This document shows positions 12,501-25,168 of a stretch of DNA of 64,000 bases, piece by piece. A program made the translations under genes and the position numbers. A model generated the notes under the pieces. That model was not told the DNA's origin, did no database searches, and saw nothing but the letters and a program-made list of their open reading frames with translations. This stretch comes from the human T2T-CHM13v2.0 reference genome, Homo sapiens: NCBI RefSeq assembly GCF_009914755.1, contig NC_060935.1; one strand, 5' to 3'. How positions within the stretch are numbered: position 1 is the first letter of the stretch; each line of letters begins with the position of its first letter.

Positions 12501-13168
12501 TTAAAAATGAGCTTATTTTGCAACTGCAACCACGAAAGAGTAATGAAAATCTTTTTATTTGAAGAAGTCATATTAGAAAACAAGTTGGAAAACATTTTGA
12601 AGAAGGTATTAATTTTTTAGCCGTGGCAATAATGTAGAATAAAAGAACAGTTTTCAGCTTTCTGCTAATTTTCCAAAAATTGTAATAAAAGAATTATTCC
12701 CTTTTTTTCTCTGTTACATAACAAAATAAAACTTTAGAATAATATGGCTCTACTTTAGGAGTATTTTAATTGGGCTTCTGATAAGTATCCTTTTATATAA
12801 GAAATTTCCTGTTATTTAAAATTTATAACAGCTTTGGCTGCTAAATTTTATCAAAACTTTTTGGGACATATATTGATACAACCATATGGTTTTCCTGCTT
12901 ACTTAATAATTTACAGAATATCACCAATTCCTGTTAAACTACTCTTATATTTCTGGGCTAACCACTGCTTGTCATAGTGTGTTTACTCTTTTAATTTTCA
13001 ACTTGCTTTGACTTGCCGAGATTTTGTTTAGGATTATTTTAAATGTATTCAAAAGTATGGTTGCCCTTTAGATCTTTGGGGGGTGCTGTCTTGAACAGTT
13101 TTAGTAATAGAGCAACTTTTTATTTTTTAATAGAACTGCTATTTAATTTTTTATTTCTTAATTGGCAG

Positions 13169-13290
13169 GTCGTGGTTCAATTCCAGAATTCTTTCATATT
13201 ATGAAAAGAAAGTTTACCAACAAAGAATGGGAAACAATCAGAAGCTTTAAGGATGAGTGGACTCAGCTGGATATGTTTTATAGGAATTGG
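13169..13290 (+). CDS. AASDHPPT: AASDHPPT exon 3 (aa 137-177)
   Basis: Acceptor ttggcag|GT; (G)RGSIPEFFHIMKRKFTNKEWETIRSFKDEWTQLDMFYRNW; donor TGG|gtataa; 122 nt keeps frame with exons 2 and 4. Confidence 0.97.
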
Positions 13291-13923
13291 GTATAATTCT
13301 TTCTAATTTTGAAAGCAAAAGTCTATAATGATTCCATTATCTTCACTTAAAATCAGAGTCCTTGGTTACCCAGTAGTGTCCAAACAGTGCTTGAAGTAAA
13401 TGGGTGATTGCTTGAGAATTTTATGGTTTTTATGCATATGGTATTACATTATAATGACATTTCATTTTAAGAAAATTTAACCTATATGTAATGCTCAGTT
13501 AGAAAGTACTTAAAGCTAAAACAAATCATTACCATTGATAAATAATATTTTCTGTCATAAAGGAACTAATACACATGAGGTCCTATATAACAAACACTGA
13601 TAATATATACTACATGCCAGAAGACATTACTTCAAGCTCTAAGTTAGTTAATTTAATGTACATAACATCCCTATGAGGAAGGTATTGTTATCATCATCGC
13701 AGGTTACATACGAGGGGATACAGGCACGGAGAGCTTAAATGATTTGCCCTAAGATCATATGGATGGTTTGTTTTCATGCTGTAAGGGTTTTTTTTTAAAA
13801 AGGTTATAGCTATATAGCCATAATGTAGTATAGCATTGAAACTCCCTATCTTTTGGACCTGTAGATTCTATGAAAAATTTTTGTCCACCAAATTCTAAGA
13901 GAAAATGTCTTTCTGTATCTTAG

Positions 13924-14085
13924 GCACTTAAGGAAAGCTTCATAAAAGCCATTGGTGTTGGACTAGGATTTGAATTGCAGCGGCTTGAATTTGATCTATC
14001 TCCATTAAACTTGGATATAGGCCAAGTTTATAAAGAAACACGTTTATTCCTGGATGGAGAGGAAGAAAAAGAATGGGCATTTGAG
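13924..14085 (+). CDS. AASDHPPT: AASDHPPT exon 4 (aa 178-231), WxxKExxxK catalytic motif (E181, K185)
   Basis: Acceptor tcttag|GCA; ALKESFIKAIGVGLGFELQRLEF...EWAFE; donor GAG|gtaaga; 162 nt. Confidence 0.98.
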
Positions 14086-15259
14086 GTAAGAAATTTGTTA
14101 GAATTGTTAAAACTAAGAATTTCTATTTTTTATGCATGTATGTGTGATTAATTTGGGTAAGCTAGTCACTGAATTTGGACGCAACTGAATCCAGTCCTGC
14201 TGCTCTGAAAGTGAAATCAGGGCTACTATGAGAGCATGTAACATTTATACTAATACTTGAAAGAAGTTGAAAGATGAGTCATTGTGAGTTCAGTACGGGA
14301 AAGGAAAAGAGGCTCTGACAAGGAGCTTTGCATGTATGAACAGCCAAACGCAGCCACTTTGGCTGGGCCATAATGAGGGTATTTAAGAGAGATTCCAGAT
14401 CAGGCTGGTAGATCCTACAAGGTATTGATCAAGTTAAATATTTTGGTTTCTTACTGTATTTTGTTTCTGTCACTGGCAGTTCCTGGTTGCTAGTGAGAGA
14501 AGCCAACACACACAGCCAAAAAACCCCCCAAAACAGTATTATAGGTTACTAGAGTGATTCAGTAACTGTCCCCAGTATTAGCTAGAATTAGGGGATGAAA
14601 TATTTAGAGCTCTTTTTGTCTCCTAGTTTTGCCTTTCTCTACATTTTGGCTTCAGTTTTCTCCCACCCATGTTTCTCATTCTGTACACCAGCTTTCTCAG
14701 CCTCTCTGGTCTGCATGACAGAAAACATGGCTCTTGCATGTAACATACTGTTGCATGTAACAGTTTATAAACAATTTACAGTTTAAAAACCTAAACAAAC
14801 TGGTAAACTCACTTTCTGTTCCAAGCCCAAAAATCCTAGAGAAGGGATGCCCTGGCCTAGCTTGGGCTAGTTGTTTATCTCCAGACCAGTCATTATACTG
14901 TGATTGGTCCTGCTTGTGTCCAGCAAACGGGCTATAGAGCAGTTCTCTGACTTACAAGATCATCTGTTGAGATACTGAATACTAGAAAATAAATGAGATG
15001 TTAAGTTTGAGATACCAAACATCTAAGTGAAGATGTCAGATAGGTGAATGGAATGGAGGGCTGGGCTAGAGGAAAAAAATTATAATCATAATGGTTATAA
15101 GTATAACCATTATGTCAATGGTAGTTGAAACCATGGATTTGAAGTTGAAACTGTGAGATTACCTAAGGAACAGCTATATATTGAATCTATGAAGAGAGAA
15201 GTGGAAATTGAAACCACAAGAAGTTAGAAGTAAGGCCTAGAATAGAGCCCTGAGAATAT

Positions 15260-15618
15260 ATATGGTCCCCAGTTTATGATGGTTTAACTTTTTTTGACTT
15301 TATGACAGTATGAAAGTGATAATGCATTCAGTAGAATTCATATTTGCAGAACCCACGCAACCATTCCTTTTTTCATTTTCAATACAATATTCAATAAATT
15401 ACATGAGCTATTCAGCATTTTATTATAAATGAGGCTTTGTGTTAGATGATTTCGCCCACTGTAGGCTGATATAAGTATTCTGAGCACATTTAAGGTAGGC
15501 TATGCTATGCTATGATGTTTGGTAGGTTAGGTGTATTAAGTGCATTTTCCATGTAACCATATTTTCTTACAGTGAGTTTATTGGGATATAACATCATCGT
15601 GAGTCGTGGAGCATCTAT
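15260..15618 (-). mobile_element. MER47A (Tigger5-derived)
   Basis: atggtcccc...gcattcagtagaa...ggtaggttaggtgtattaa...gagcatct matches MER47. Confidence 0.75.
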
Positions 15619-15744
15619 ACTAATATTCAAAGGTGAATTTGTGGAGGGGACTGATAAAGAATGACCAAAATGGTATAAGAGAGTAGTGTTGGTATCCAAG
15701 GACAGAAAGCATTTTGAAGAAGAGAGCTGGGTCAATAACTGCTA

Positions 15745-15825
15745 AGGACTAGATGTGGTGGTTCATGCTTGTTATCCCAACACTTTGGGAGGCCAAGACA
15801 CTGCCTCTACAAAAAATTTAAAAAA
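15745..15825 (+). mobile_element. Internally deleted Alu/FLAM remnant
   Basis: gtggtggttcatgcttgttatcccaacactttgggaggccaag fused to ctctacaaaaaattt. Confidence 0.65.
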
Positions 15826-16569
15826 TGAAAGTTTCAAAACAGTATATCCATTAGTTAACATTCTTTAGTGTCCAACTATCAATTGTTAGTGTACATACAC
15901 CTCTCATTATACATTAAGCATGATTCTTATTTATTGAAATATTCAATACATATAAGAACTATATCTTATATGCTAAATTTCTGAAAAATTATTTTAGATA
16001 TTTTTAAATTTGTACATTCCAGTTACTTTTTTCTTGTTTGTTTAAAGAGAAAACAGAACAGGGCTACATAGCAGACTTACTTTGCGATAACTTTGACATA
16101 GTAAATCTTCTGATACTTAGTCTTATATTTTTCCTCTTTAAACATATCTTAAATTTATCCTTACTGAATTTCACTTTATGCTGACTTGGGTACCTGAAGG
16201 TATGAAGATAGGAAGAAGAAGATAAAAAATGAAAAAGCTCCCTAAGTACTATTTCTAATTGTAGTTTCTTCTGACGTTTTATGGAAGAATGCTTTAGTAA
16301 AGTGGTTTTTCAGTGAAAAGTTTGTTCAGCTTTTAAGTGTTTACAATTTTTTCTGGTAACTGCTTCAATATATATTACATTTTAAAGTCCCCTTCCCCTT
16401 TGTCTCATATGTAGAGGAAAGTAGAAAATTGCATATTGGTTATGTTTTACCTATAAATTTCCACCATGATTTTTCATACGTGATAGTATGTAGTTTACTA
16501 AATGCTTACATACCAATGTTGCAACTTGATTTTTTTTTTTTTAACCTTGTACTTTATTATACATACTAA

Positions 16570-17050
16570 CATCACCAGTGAAGGACAGATAGCTGTCAAG
16601 TACCTCTAGATAGGGCACATCACCTGTGTAGTATTCTGGTTGAGAATGCATAACCTAATCCACTCATTAAATATCAAACAAACCCCAAATGAGCAATATT
16701 TTATTAATAAAAAGCAGATTTAGGGAATTTGTACTTTAAAACGTTAATGTCATAAAAAACAAAAGAAAGGCTAACAAGACATGACAACTGAATGCAATAC
16801 TTGTCCCTACTTGCCCATTACTGGGCTCCTGTTCTGGAGGAGGGATATGCCACAAAGGATGCTATTGGATTAATTCACAGAATTTGGAATACAGCTAATA
16901 AAGTATTGTTTCAATGTTAAACTTACTGACGTTATTAACTGCTGTGGTTATGTAAGAGAATGTGCCTACTAGGAAATACATGTTGAAGTATTTAAGAGTA
17001 AAGGGCCAGCACATATGTAACTTCTAAAGTAGTTTAGCGGAGGTGGGGAA
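16570..17050 (+). mobile_element. L1MC-type 3' UTR fragment
   Basis: atgcataacctaatc...agacatgacaactgaatgcaat...gtggttatgtaagagaatgt...gaagtatttaag motifs. Confidence 0.65.
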
Positions 17051-17109
17051 ATATATATATGCACGCGTGTGAGTGTACGTATATGTATATATATATAGAG
17101 AGAGAGAGA
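17050..17109. repeat. Compound (TA)n/(GT)/(GA)n microsatellite
   Basis: atatatatat...gtatatatatatagagagagagaga. Confidence 0.8.
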
Positions 17110-17191
17110 ATGAGATTTAGAAAATGTAAACAAAGTTACATCTAGGTTTACATATTTTATAATCTATATTTATTTACCTTTTATCTTTCAG

Positions 17192-17263
17192 GAAAGCAAA
17201 ATAGATGAGCACCATTTTGTTGCAGTTGCTCTTAGGAAACCCGATGGATCTAGACATCAGGAT
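17192..17263 (+). CDS. AASDHPPT: AASDHPPT exon 5 (aa 232-255)
   Basis: Acceptor tctttcag|GAA; ESKIDEHHFVAVALRKPDGSRHQD; donor GAT|gtaaga; 72 nt. Confidence 0.97.
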
Positions 17264-17452
17264 GTAAGATTTTAGGATTTCTCTTTTTTCTAAATAGCAT
17301 GAATCAATGTTAAGTTTGCTCTTTATTGATGGAAATAGTCATTTGCCTTATATCAGTTTAGAGAGATTTTTTTAAGATTATAGATATAGTAGTACTCTTT
17401 ATTAGCAAATATTAAGATCACTAGGGATTTTGTAGAAACATTTTTAAAAAGC

Positions 17453-17744
17453 AGCTGGGCATGGTGGCTCACACCTGTAATCCCAGCACCTTGGGAGGCT
17501 GAGGCAGGCGGATCACCTGAGGTCAGGAGTTCCAGACCAGCCTGACCAACATGGAGAAACCCCATCTCTACTAAAAATACAAAATTAGCCAGGTGTGGTG
17601 GCGGGCGCCTGTAATCCCAGCTACTCAGGAGGTCTGAGACAGGAGAATCGCTTGAACCTGGGAGGTGGAGGTTGCAGTGCACCAAGATCGCACCATTGCA
17701 CTCCAGCCTGGGAAACAAGCGAAACTCCGTCTCAAAAAAAAGAA
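17453..17744 (+). mobile_element. AluSp-like
   Basis: Full dimer; cctgaccaacatggagaaacccc and ccattgcactcc diagnostics; A tail. Confidence 0.92.
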
Positions 17745-18554
17745 ATGTTACCCGCTTCTTCACATTCGTATACGCTTAAGTATTACAACAAAAAAAAATA
17801 TGGTAGTACTGTCATGCTACTCATATTTCCAATAGACATTCAAGATTATCTTAGTCATCTTAACAGTAGTTTATTTCTTGGTGAATTGGGGTTGTGTTGA
17901 ATGTAAGAGTACCACGTTGAAGGTTGATGAGTAATGGAATTACCTTGCAAATTGAATCCACTCCTCCTTTTAAAGTAATATCCTGAATTATTCCCAAAGT
18001 TACAGTGTCAAACATGTAAGAGACCTTGTGTCATATTGTGGCATAACATCAGTTTCAATTATTCAGCCACAATGTTTTTATACTTTCTTATCCTATTACC
18101 TGGTAAGCAAGTGGGGGAAGAACTTAGGGTCAAAGACTCTTAGATTTCATATAATTGTGATTCTGCAGAAGTATTTATTTAAGGAAAACGTATGTTTTAA
18201 TGAAAACTACATGCATTCCATTATTTTTAGTAAATCAACATGAAAGAATGTAGCATGATCAATATATATGCATCGTTACTTCCACAAAAGTAGCTCAGGC
18301 AACACACCAAACCTTTGATAGATTAATCAAAGGATTACGAGTTCTCCATAGATTATCTTCCTTAAAAAGGGATGGCATGTTAAAATTGACACCTGTTATC
18401 TGAAGATGTTCTGACCCAGGTTACTCGTCCTTCTGTTTTTAAATCTCAGCTTCACACTCCCTGCAAAAATACTTTTTGTTTTCATAGAGCTTTATAATTG
18501 TTGAAACATTTGCATATTCAGTACTTTTCATTTCCCTGGACAGAGCCTGTTTAG

Positions 18555-18775
18555 GCAACAGTGGCATGTTGGGAAGACTAGAGTACAATTCACAAAATTG
18601 GGTTCTAGGCCCACATCTACCATTTAACCTATGTTTTGAGCTTGGACAAATTGTTTGAATTGTTTGCTCTTCCTGAGCCTCAGATTCCCCATCCATAAAA
18701 TTAAGATAACCGTATCACAACATAGCTATGAGACCAGTCATATAAGTACTGGACCTTGACTTGTTAAAGCGCTAT
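18555..18775 (+). mobile_element. MIR
   Basis: gggttctaggcccacatctacc...tcctgagcctcagattccccatccataaaat core. Confidence 0.7.
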
Positions 18776-19351
18776 ACAAAACCCAAGTACTATTTATACT
18801 AGATGTGTAGAATATTAAAGAGGGTCTGCACTGGGTTCAATTGTGAACAAGGGCTCTATCTCAGAGAGTAAGATACAGTTTAAATTTAATATTGAATAAA
18901 TAATTTCCTAAAGAAGTATACATCTCTGTATAGTTATGGCAGTTTTATCAGACCCACCTTTTAGAGTAGTATTTCACAAAAGTTCACTTTCTCACTCACC
19001 TCTATCAAAATAACCTGACTGCTCGTTAAAATTACAGATTTTGATATCCCTTCTAACTGATATGTAGTAAATCACACTTTTTGGATGTGGGGCCCAGTAA
19101 ATCTACATGTAAAATACCACAGGTTTTTGTTATATAAAAAAGTTCAAGAATCAGGTTTTCTATTTCATTTTTTTTTGATTTGTTGTATTGGCAACACTAA
19201 TATAAGAAATACAAACAATGTTCTAGGAATCCTATGTTGTCATTTAATACTACTGAAATGTAAGTTGGTCTTACTTATTTTCATGATTATGAAATTGATC
19301 ATAAGATTAACATGCAATATAACAATAAGGTAATCTGCTTTTGTCTTTTAG

Positions 19352-19516
19352 GTTCCATCTCAGGATGATTCCAAACCAACCCAGAGGCAATTTACTATTC
19401 TCAACTTTAATGATTTAATGTCATCTGCCGTTCCCATGACACCTGAAGATCCTTCATTTTGGGACTGTTTTTGCTTCACAGAAGAAATTCCAATACGAAA
19501 TGGTACAAAGTCATGA
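19352..19516 (+). CDS. AASDHPPT: AASDHPPT exon 6 coding part (aa 256-309 + stop)
   Basis: Acceptor tcttttag|GTT; VPSQDDSKPTQRQFTILNF...EEIPIRNGTKS then TGA TGA; total CDS 930 nt = 309 aa Sfp-type PPTase. Confidence 0.97.
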   Translation, partial: VPSQDDSKPTQRQFTILNFNDLMSSAVPMTPEDPSFWDCFCFTEEIPIRNGTKS

Positions 19517-19576
19517 TGATTCCCTGAGTAACAAAGGGAAATGAAAACTGTTTGTGATCTTCCGTATTCACTGAAA

Positions 19577-19582
19577 AATAAA
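19577..19582 (+). terminator. Proximal poly(A) signal candidate
   Basis: AATAAA 60 nt after the stop with T-rich sequence downstream. Confidence 0.5.
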
Positions 19583-20029
19583 TGCTTGTTTAGTATCAAA
19601 TTTTATTTCACGAAAGTTTTTTTAAAGAACAGAAACTTTTCCAATTAAAAAAAAAAAGCAGACTTCTGGTTCAAGATAGCTCACTGGAATACATGTTTAC
19701 CTCTTTCTTTCCTAAATTGCATTGAATTGATAGGAAGGATGGCGGAATCTTAAAGTGATACATGCTAACTGTAGAAAAAAATAGAAAATGCACATAAGCA
19801 AAAGGAAACATTTAAATGCTATCTTTCAAAGATAACTACTCTTAAAACCTTGAGTATCTTTTCAGACCTTTTTCTTGGCAAATGAATCCATATTGACATA
19901 TTTGATTTTTTTAAAAACATGGAAACGTACTGTTTTGTAAATTCTTTTTAACTGCACATCTACTGTTCATAAATATACCTCTGTAACATAACTTTTTGTG
20001 GTTCTAATGTACTCTGTTGTATAGCTAAT

Positions 20030-20480
20030 ACAAGTTAGGATGCTTTTGGCCAGAGGTAACAGTGTCCAAATATAATTGGCCTAAGTAACCTAGGAAATTG
20101 TTTGACATAACACAGGGTTCAGGGGTGTCATTAAAGACACACTTTTTTTGCCTTGACCTCAGTTGGTTTGTTTTGCCTTAGGCTATTCCACCTCTCGATC
20201 ACAAGAGCTGCTGCTATAACTTCCAGTTTTACATCTTTGTAAAATTGTATCTCAAAGGCAGAAAAGGCCATTTCGTCTCTCATTTGTTTTATCCATGAGG
20301 AAGATTTTTAACAAAAGCCTCCAGAAGATTTCCCCTCAGTTTCCATTGACTTAGATCAGGTTACAGAGAAAGGCAATGTCTGACATTTTTGGTCTCTGTT
20401 AGAAGTAGACTCTGTTGAAAAGAAAGAAGCTAAGCTAGGTGTGAAGAATGGAATTGGAAGCCCACTGCCTTCCCATAAGA
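20030..20480 (-). mobile_element. Old MaLR LTR (MLT1J/K-like) inside the 3'UTR
   Basis: caagttaggatgcttttggccagaggtaacag...aattggcctaagtaa start typical of antisense old MLT1. Confidence 0.45.
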
Positions 20481-21276
20481 AAGGTTTACCATAATTTACT
20501 CACTTTTTTCTGTGTTAGACATTTTGATTATCTGCAGTTTATTACTACAAGCAGTGGCAGAGTGAATGTCCTTGTACATTTTGAGTTACATGCTTAATTA
20601 TGTCCTTGAGAAAGTTTCTAAAAGTGGAATGATTGGTTTGACTGGTTCATAGGGCTTTAATTATACAATTTACCCCTCTAATTAGTACTATATGTATGTG
20701 ACTTCCCTCCCCCTGCCAGAATACTCCTTGGTCAATTGTAGGTATTCTTTTTGGTTTAATTTTTGCCAATGTAATTAAAAAATGGTATGTCATTTTTAAA
20801 ATTTGTATTTCTTTCATTACAAATAAGATTGTTATGTCAGTATTGTTATTGGCTTTTCGTATTCCTCTTAACGTGAACCGTCTGTTCATTGTTTTTACCT
20901 GTTTTCGTTTTAGCAAGTAGTACTTAATTTAAAGTGTGAACTTAATATATAAGATGCCAGGACCATCATATTGATGACAAAAATCTATTATGTGGTTGTA
21001 GTGCATGTCTTGGAGTTAAACTCTTAAGTATCAAGAAGTAAAATAATTTCATTGTTTCTGTTACTAACATTAAAAGTGTGCAAATTGTATAAAATTAGGT
21101 ACTTCGATTAGTAAAAGAAAAAAATTTGAATGTTTTTTTTTTTTATTTTATTAAGCATGCCCAGTTATGCCAAGCATAGTAAATAAAGGTCAAGTAGCAT
21201 TTATAATAGAGGAAGTATTGTTATCCCTAGCATGAGTGTAATGGTGATATGAAAAACTTTGTCTTGTCATTATAAT

Positions 21277-21282
21277 AATAAA
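21277..21282 (+). terminator. Distal poly(A) signal of AASDHPPT
   Basis: AATAAA followed ~40 nt later by ctgtgttggatttgtgttttttagttttt; another AATAAA at 21182. Confidence 0.7.
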
Positions 21283-21329
21283 AAAATGAACATTTATTAT
21301 GGAATTTCTATGAGCCTGACACTGTGTTG

Positions 21330-22300
21330 GATTTGTGTTTTTTAGTTTTTAGTTTTTCTATTACTTTTAATCAAAGTTTCATGTGTACACAGCTTTAAAA
21401 AATTGGATAGATCTGTAAGATTTTTTTCCTAAGGAAAAAGGCCATTACTCTGACTTCTTCCATTTCCTGTCTCCAGGGCAAGCCCTTTCAACTCTTTTAG
21501 ATGTTATTTTTTTTGTTATTTATTACCATGTCTCCAAATGACATGCTTATATTGCTTTTACTTGATTTTTTAATTTTAGGCATTGTTTCTTTGATTTTCA
21601 AAATAAAGCTTCCCTCTTCTGCTTCCCAGCATTACACATTCCCTTTTTATCCCCTTTTCTCCTCCCAACATAACAATTCAATGTTTACATTGTTGACTGT
21701 GATTACACTAAGGATATGTGTACATTATTGAGATTATGTAACTGCTGTATACAGCTGAGTGATGTATTATCCTTACCATATACTAATTTCTTATTTCCTT
21801 TAGTTAATTGACTGCATAGATTTCTACCATATGTATGAATATCTTCTCTATATGTTCAAACGTAACAATGATTCCATCAGTTTCTTTCATCTTTTAAAAA
21901 ATCACTCCTAGAGCAATCTGCTTTGTCCAAGTTGGACTTTGTGCCTTCTATGGCTGGTGTACAGCTGTAATCCTGGGATCTCCTTTACCATGATCCTGGG
22001 GATTGTCTCTCCTGTATTGGATTCCCTGTTCCCCATTTGCTATCTCTCACATCTTAGATTTACTCCATTCATGTGAAATAGCTTTTTGAGAACAAAGTGG
22101 GCATAGGAGTTACATTTTTTGAGACTTCTAAGAGGAAGGGACAGTCCTATGCAGAGTGGTATAGGGATCTAGTTGTTTCTTAAACCCATTATCCTATCCC
22201 CCTCCACATGAAGCTCTTTGTTAACGCTGTATTCATATCCACTTTTTCCAAGTATTTGATGGCTGCATTTTGCTGAGTTTTGTGCTGGGCTGGCACATGC
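21330..22300 (-). mobile_element. HAL1-like LINE fragment
   Basis: cctgggatctcctttaccatgatcctggggattg...tgtattggattccctgtt motif in T-rich context. Confidence 0.45.
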
Positions 22301-23065
22301 TGCTTCATACTCATGTCTGCTGGGTCCAGTTATAACATACTGACCAATGTATGGCTTTATTGGTCTCTGTTAATGTGTTTCCTGCATAGGAACTCTCATA
22401 AATTTATTTTTAAAATGAATCTGTATATTTGTGTCTCTTCCATTTCAGACTCAGAAATTGAAAAGATTTGGATAAATTTTCAGTTAAATTTTTCACTATC
22501 AAAATTAGAATTGTTACCTATTCAGAATCTGAAACTCAAAAACCAGTTAGGTTTGAGTAACTCAACAGCTCCTCACTAGTGGAACTATTACCATCTGAAC
22601 TTGAGGACCAAATAGATTTATAAATACACATATGCAAATATATCTTTGGTCAAAAATATTCCTGAAAACAACTCCAAGTATCAGTACTTTTAAAGAGGAT
22701 ATGAAGAGAGCTAATGAATGATGGATTTCATTTTTATGGGGGAAATAAATATACCTTCATAGTATTTGTGAATTTGGGATTGGCAAAGGTCTTTGGATGT
22801 ATTCCCAGTTTATCAGTTAATGTCAGGTAACTGCTGTATATGTCTTATGGTATTTATATTAGAAGCTATTTTGCATCTTAAGCACTCACATATCAGGCTA
22901 TTTAATTCTTATAACTCTATGGAGTTGTATTGATGGGGAAAGTAAGTTACTGAGTTCTTGAACAACTTACTAAAGGTTATATATTCATTGAATACTGAAG
23001 CTTGTTATTTGATCAGAGTTAGGCTCAGATCTTTAGATCCAAAACCTCAGTCAACCACTATACTT

Positions 23066-23150
23066 AGTGGTGTGCTGGTAAATATTTAACAACCAGCAAT
23101 CCTGGGGCAGGGAAGAAGAGACCTTTATATGTAGCTTTTGCTTATTCCAT
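23066..23150. mobile_element. MER63-like hAT end fragment
   Basis: agtggtgtgctggtaaatatttaacaacc terminal motif. Confidence 0.55.
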
Positions 23151-24049
23151 GAAATAATGACGTGTAACCAACACCTAGGTTTAGCACATGTTGGCATTTT
23201 GTCATATTCGCTTCAGATCTTTTTTCCTCTCATTTCAGGAATAAAACAAATGCAGCTAAAGACTTCCTACCCCCTAGTTACCACCCCTTCATCTTTCCCT
23301 TTCCAGGGATAATCTCCAATATTTGTAATTTTATGCTGTTATGCGTTTACTATTTGTATGTATAGTGTTTTGTGATTAAATCTTACATTTCCCTATTAGG
23401 ATTGAAACATTAGGATGGAATCTCTTTGTGTGCTACTTAGAAGTAACAACAGTGTCAGAATAATTGAGCTCACTTAAGCCCACACTTCTCAAGGAGTATA
23501 CATACTTAGGAGTAGGCACTGGTGTGTGGTAGTAACTCATCAAAAGATAGCAATTGGTCATCTAGAGGCATTCGTTTTATCTGAAATTTTGGAAAGAATC
23601 TTTTCATAATAAAAGTATTACAGACATTGTAAGTAGCATGCAAATTTGCCTGTATTTTAAGTAAAAAGGTGTGGGGCTTCAGAGGAATTTTCCTGCCCAC
23701 GAGTACATAGTTGCTGTTCTTTTAGGGTCATTTTTGAATGAAAACGAATTTCATTTTGAATGTTTTTCATTTTGAATGAAAAAACATTGGAAAGGAGCCA
23801 GCATTAGAAGGGGAAAAAAGTAACATTTGTTGAGTACTTAAGCAGTAGAGCCCAAATCTTGGTGTGGTATACCCCTCTGCAGGTCACCTTTAGGGAACTG
23901 ACCGTGTTGCAGGTGTAAGACCACTTTTTTACTATCCTAGAAGCCTTCAGCAATAGGCAAGTGAAATCCCATAAATTTGATGCTCCTGATAGTTCCATGA
24001 GTGTTTTCGGTTGTTACTTAGCACCCTTTAAAGCTCTTCATGCTTTTTC

Positions 24050-24520
24050 CAGTGTTGCATGAGCAAGAAGCCTGCTAAACTAGTTGTTCTTTTCCCCTCT
24101 AAATCCACTATCTTTCACCCTTCACTACCGCAGGAAGCTGACTTCTATGTACCTTGTTGGCCAGGCTGTCTTTTCCTTGATCGGGTTTTGCAAATAGAGG
24201 TGGGGGAGGGTATTAGCAGAGGACTAGGTAGAAAGGGAAATAGGATGATTATCCACTTGCCTTCCTGCCCTGCAGTGGCTTGGAAATAGCTGTGTTCCTC
24301 AGCATCACAGCTTCTGACATAGCCTTCTCCATATATACATCTCATGGGTTCAGGAACAACTTTTCCCTGCCTTTTCATTTTAGAAGTAGAAAGATCTTGC
24401 TCTTGCTTAGCCTAAGCTGCTGCACCATCTCCATAGATTTTTGTTATTCTTGCCTACACCCTCTTTGATCATTACTTTTGGTTGTGCCATCTGTTTCCTG
24501 CTACAACCCTGACTAATACA
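24050..24520 (+). mobile_element. Old ERVL LTR (LTR33/LTR16-class)
   Basis: Ends tgtgccatctgtttcctgctacaaccctgactaataCA, directly followed by ERVL internal sequence; left edge approximate. Confidence 0.6.
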
Positions 24521-25168
24521 GTAATTTGTACCATGAGTAGTCCTGGGAAAGTGGAATTCTGGAATTGGATTGCTCACATATTTGATGTATATACAAATAA
24601 CTTCCTTGTCAGGGAAAATGGATGCTTATCATTGGTGGCAAGTGGTGATGTCACAATTGCTTACATCATTACTAGTAATGTCATGGAGTCATGGAATACA
24701 AGTGGAGTACAGTGTTGGAAGATCAAGGGGCTGTGGCACATAGTCACTATGGTCATGGTAGAGATTACAGAGATCGTTAGGAGGACTGGCTCTTTTGAAT
24801 GTCTAGAGCATATACACAGGGAAAAGGACAAATTGAAAGCAAAGGGAAAAATTGGGAAAAAAACAAAGCATCACAAAATCTATGGCAACTCTAGGGGAAT
24901 ATCTTGTATTTTGTAGATATAGCTAAGACTCAAACCTAGAGCTTTTATTGTAAGGGCTGCTGAGTTGTAATACCAATTACTGGCCAGTACTGGGTCTCAC
25001 ATGCTAAGGTAAGGGCATTGGTATGGAAGAAGTGGGGCCTTCAGAAATGAGATGGGAACATTTGGATCGCCACAGGAAAGGCTGAGAAGCTTAAGCCTTT
25101 TACATTTCCCTGAAACTTTCCTACTGGCAGAGGCAGCCCCATTTGTCTGAGGGGGAAGTCTTACCTCC

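Larger units (their letters stand above)
19517..21310 (+). other. AASDHPPT: AASDHPPT 3'UTR (long form, end approximate)
   Basis: Follows the stop codon; ends near AATAAA at 21277-21282, followed by a GT/T-rich downstream element. Confidence 0.7.

Noticed and set aside
23728-23785. Three copies of TCATTTTGAATG resembling a spaced repeat array
   Set aside because: Short AT-rich slippage repeat with irregular tiny spacers; eukaryotic DNA, not CRISPR-like
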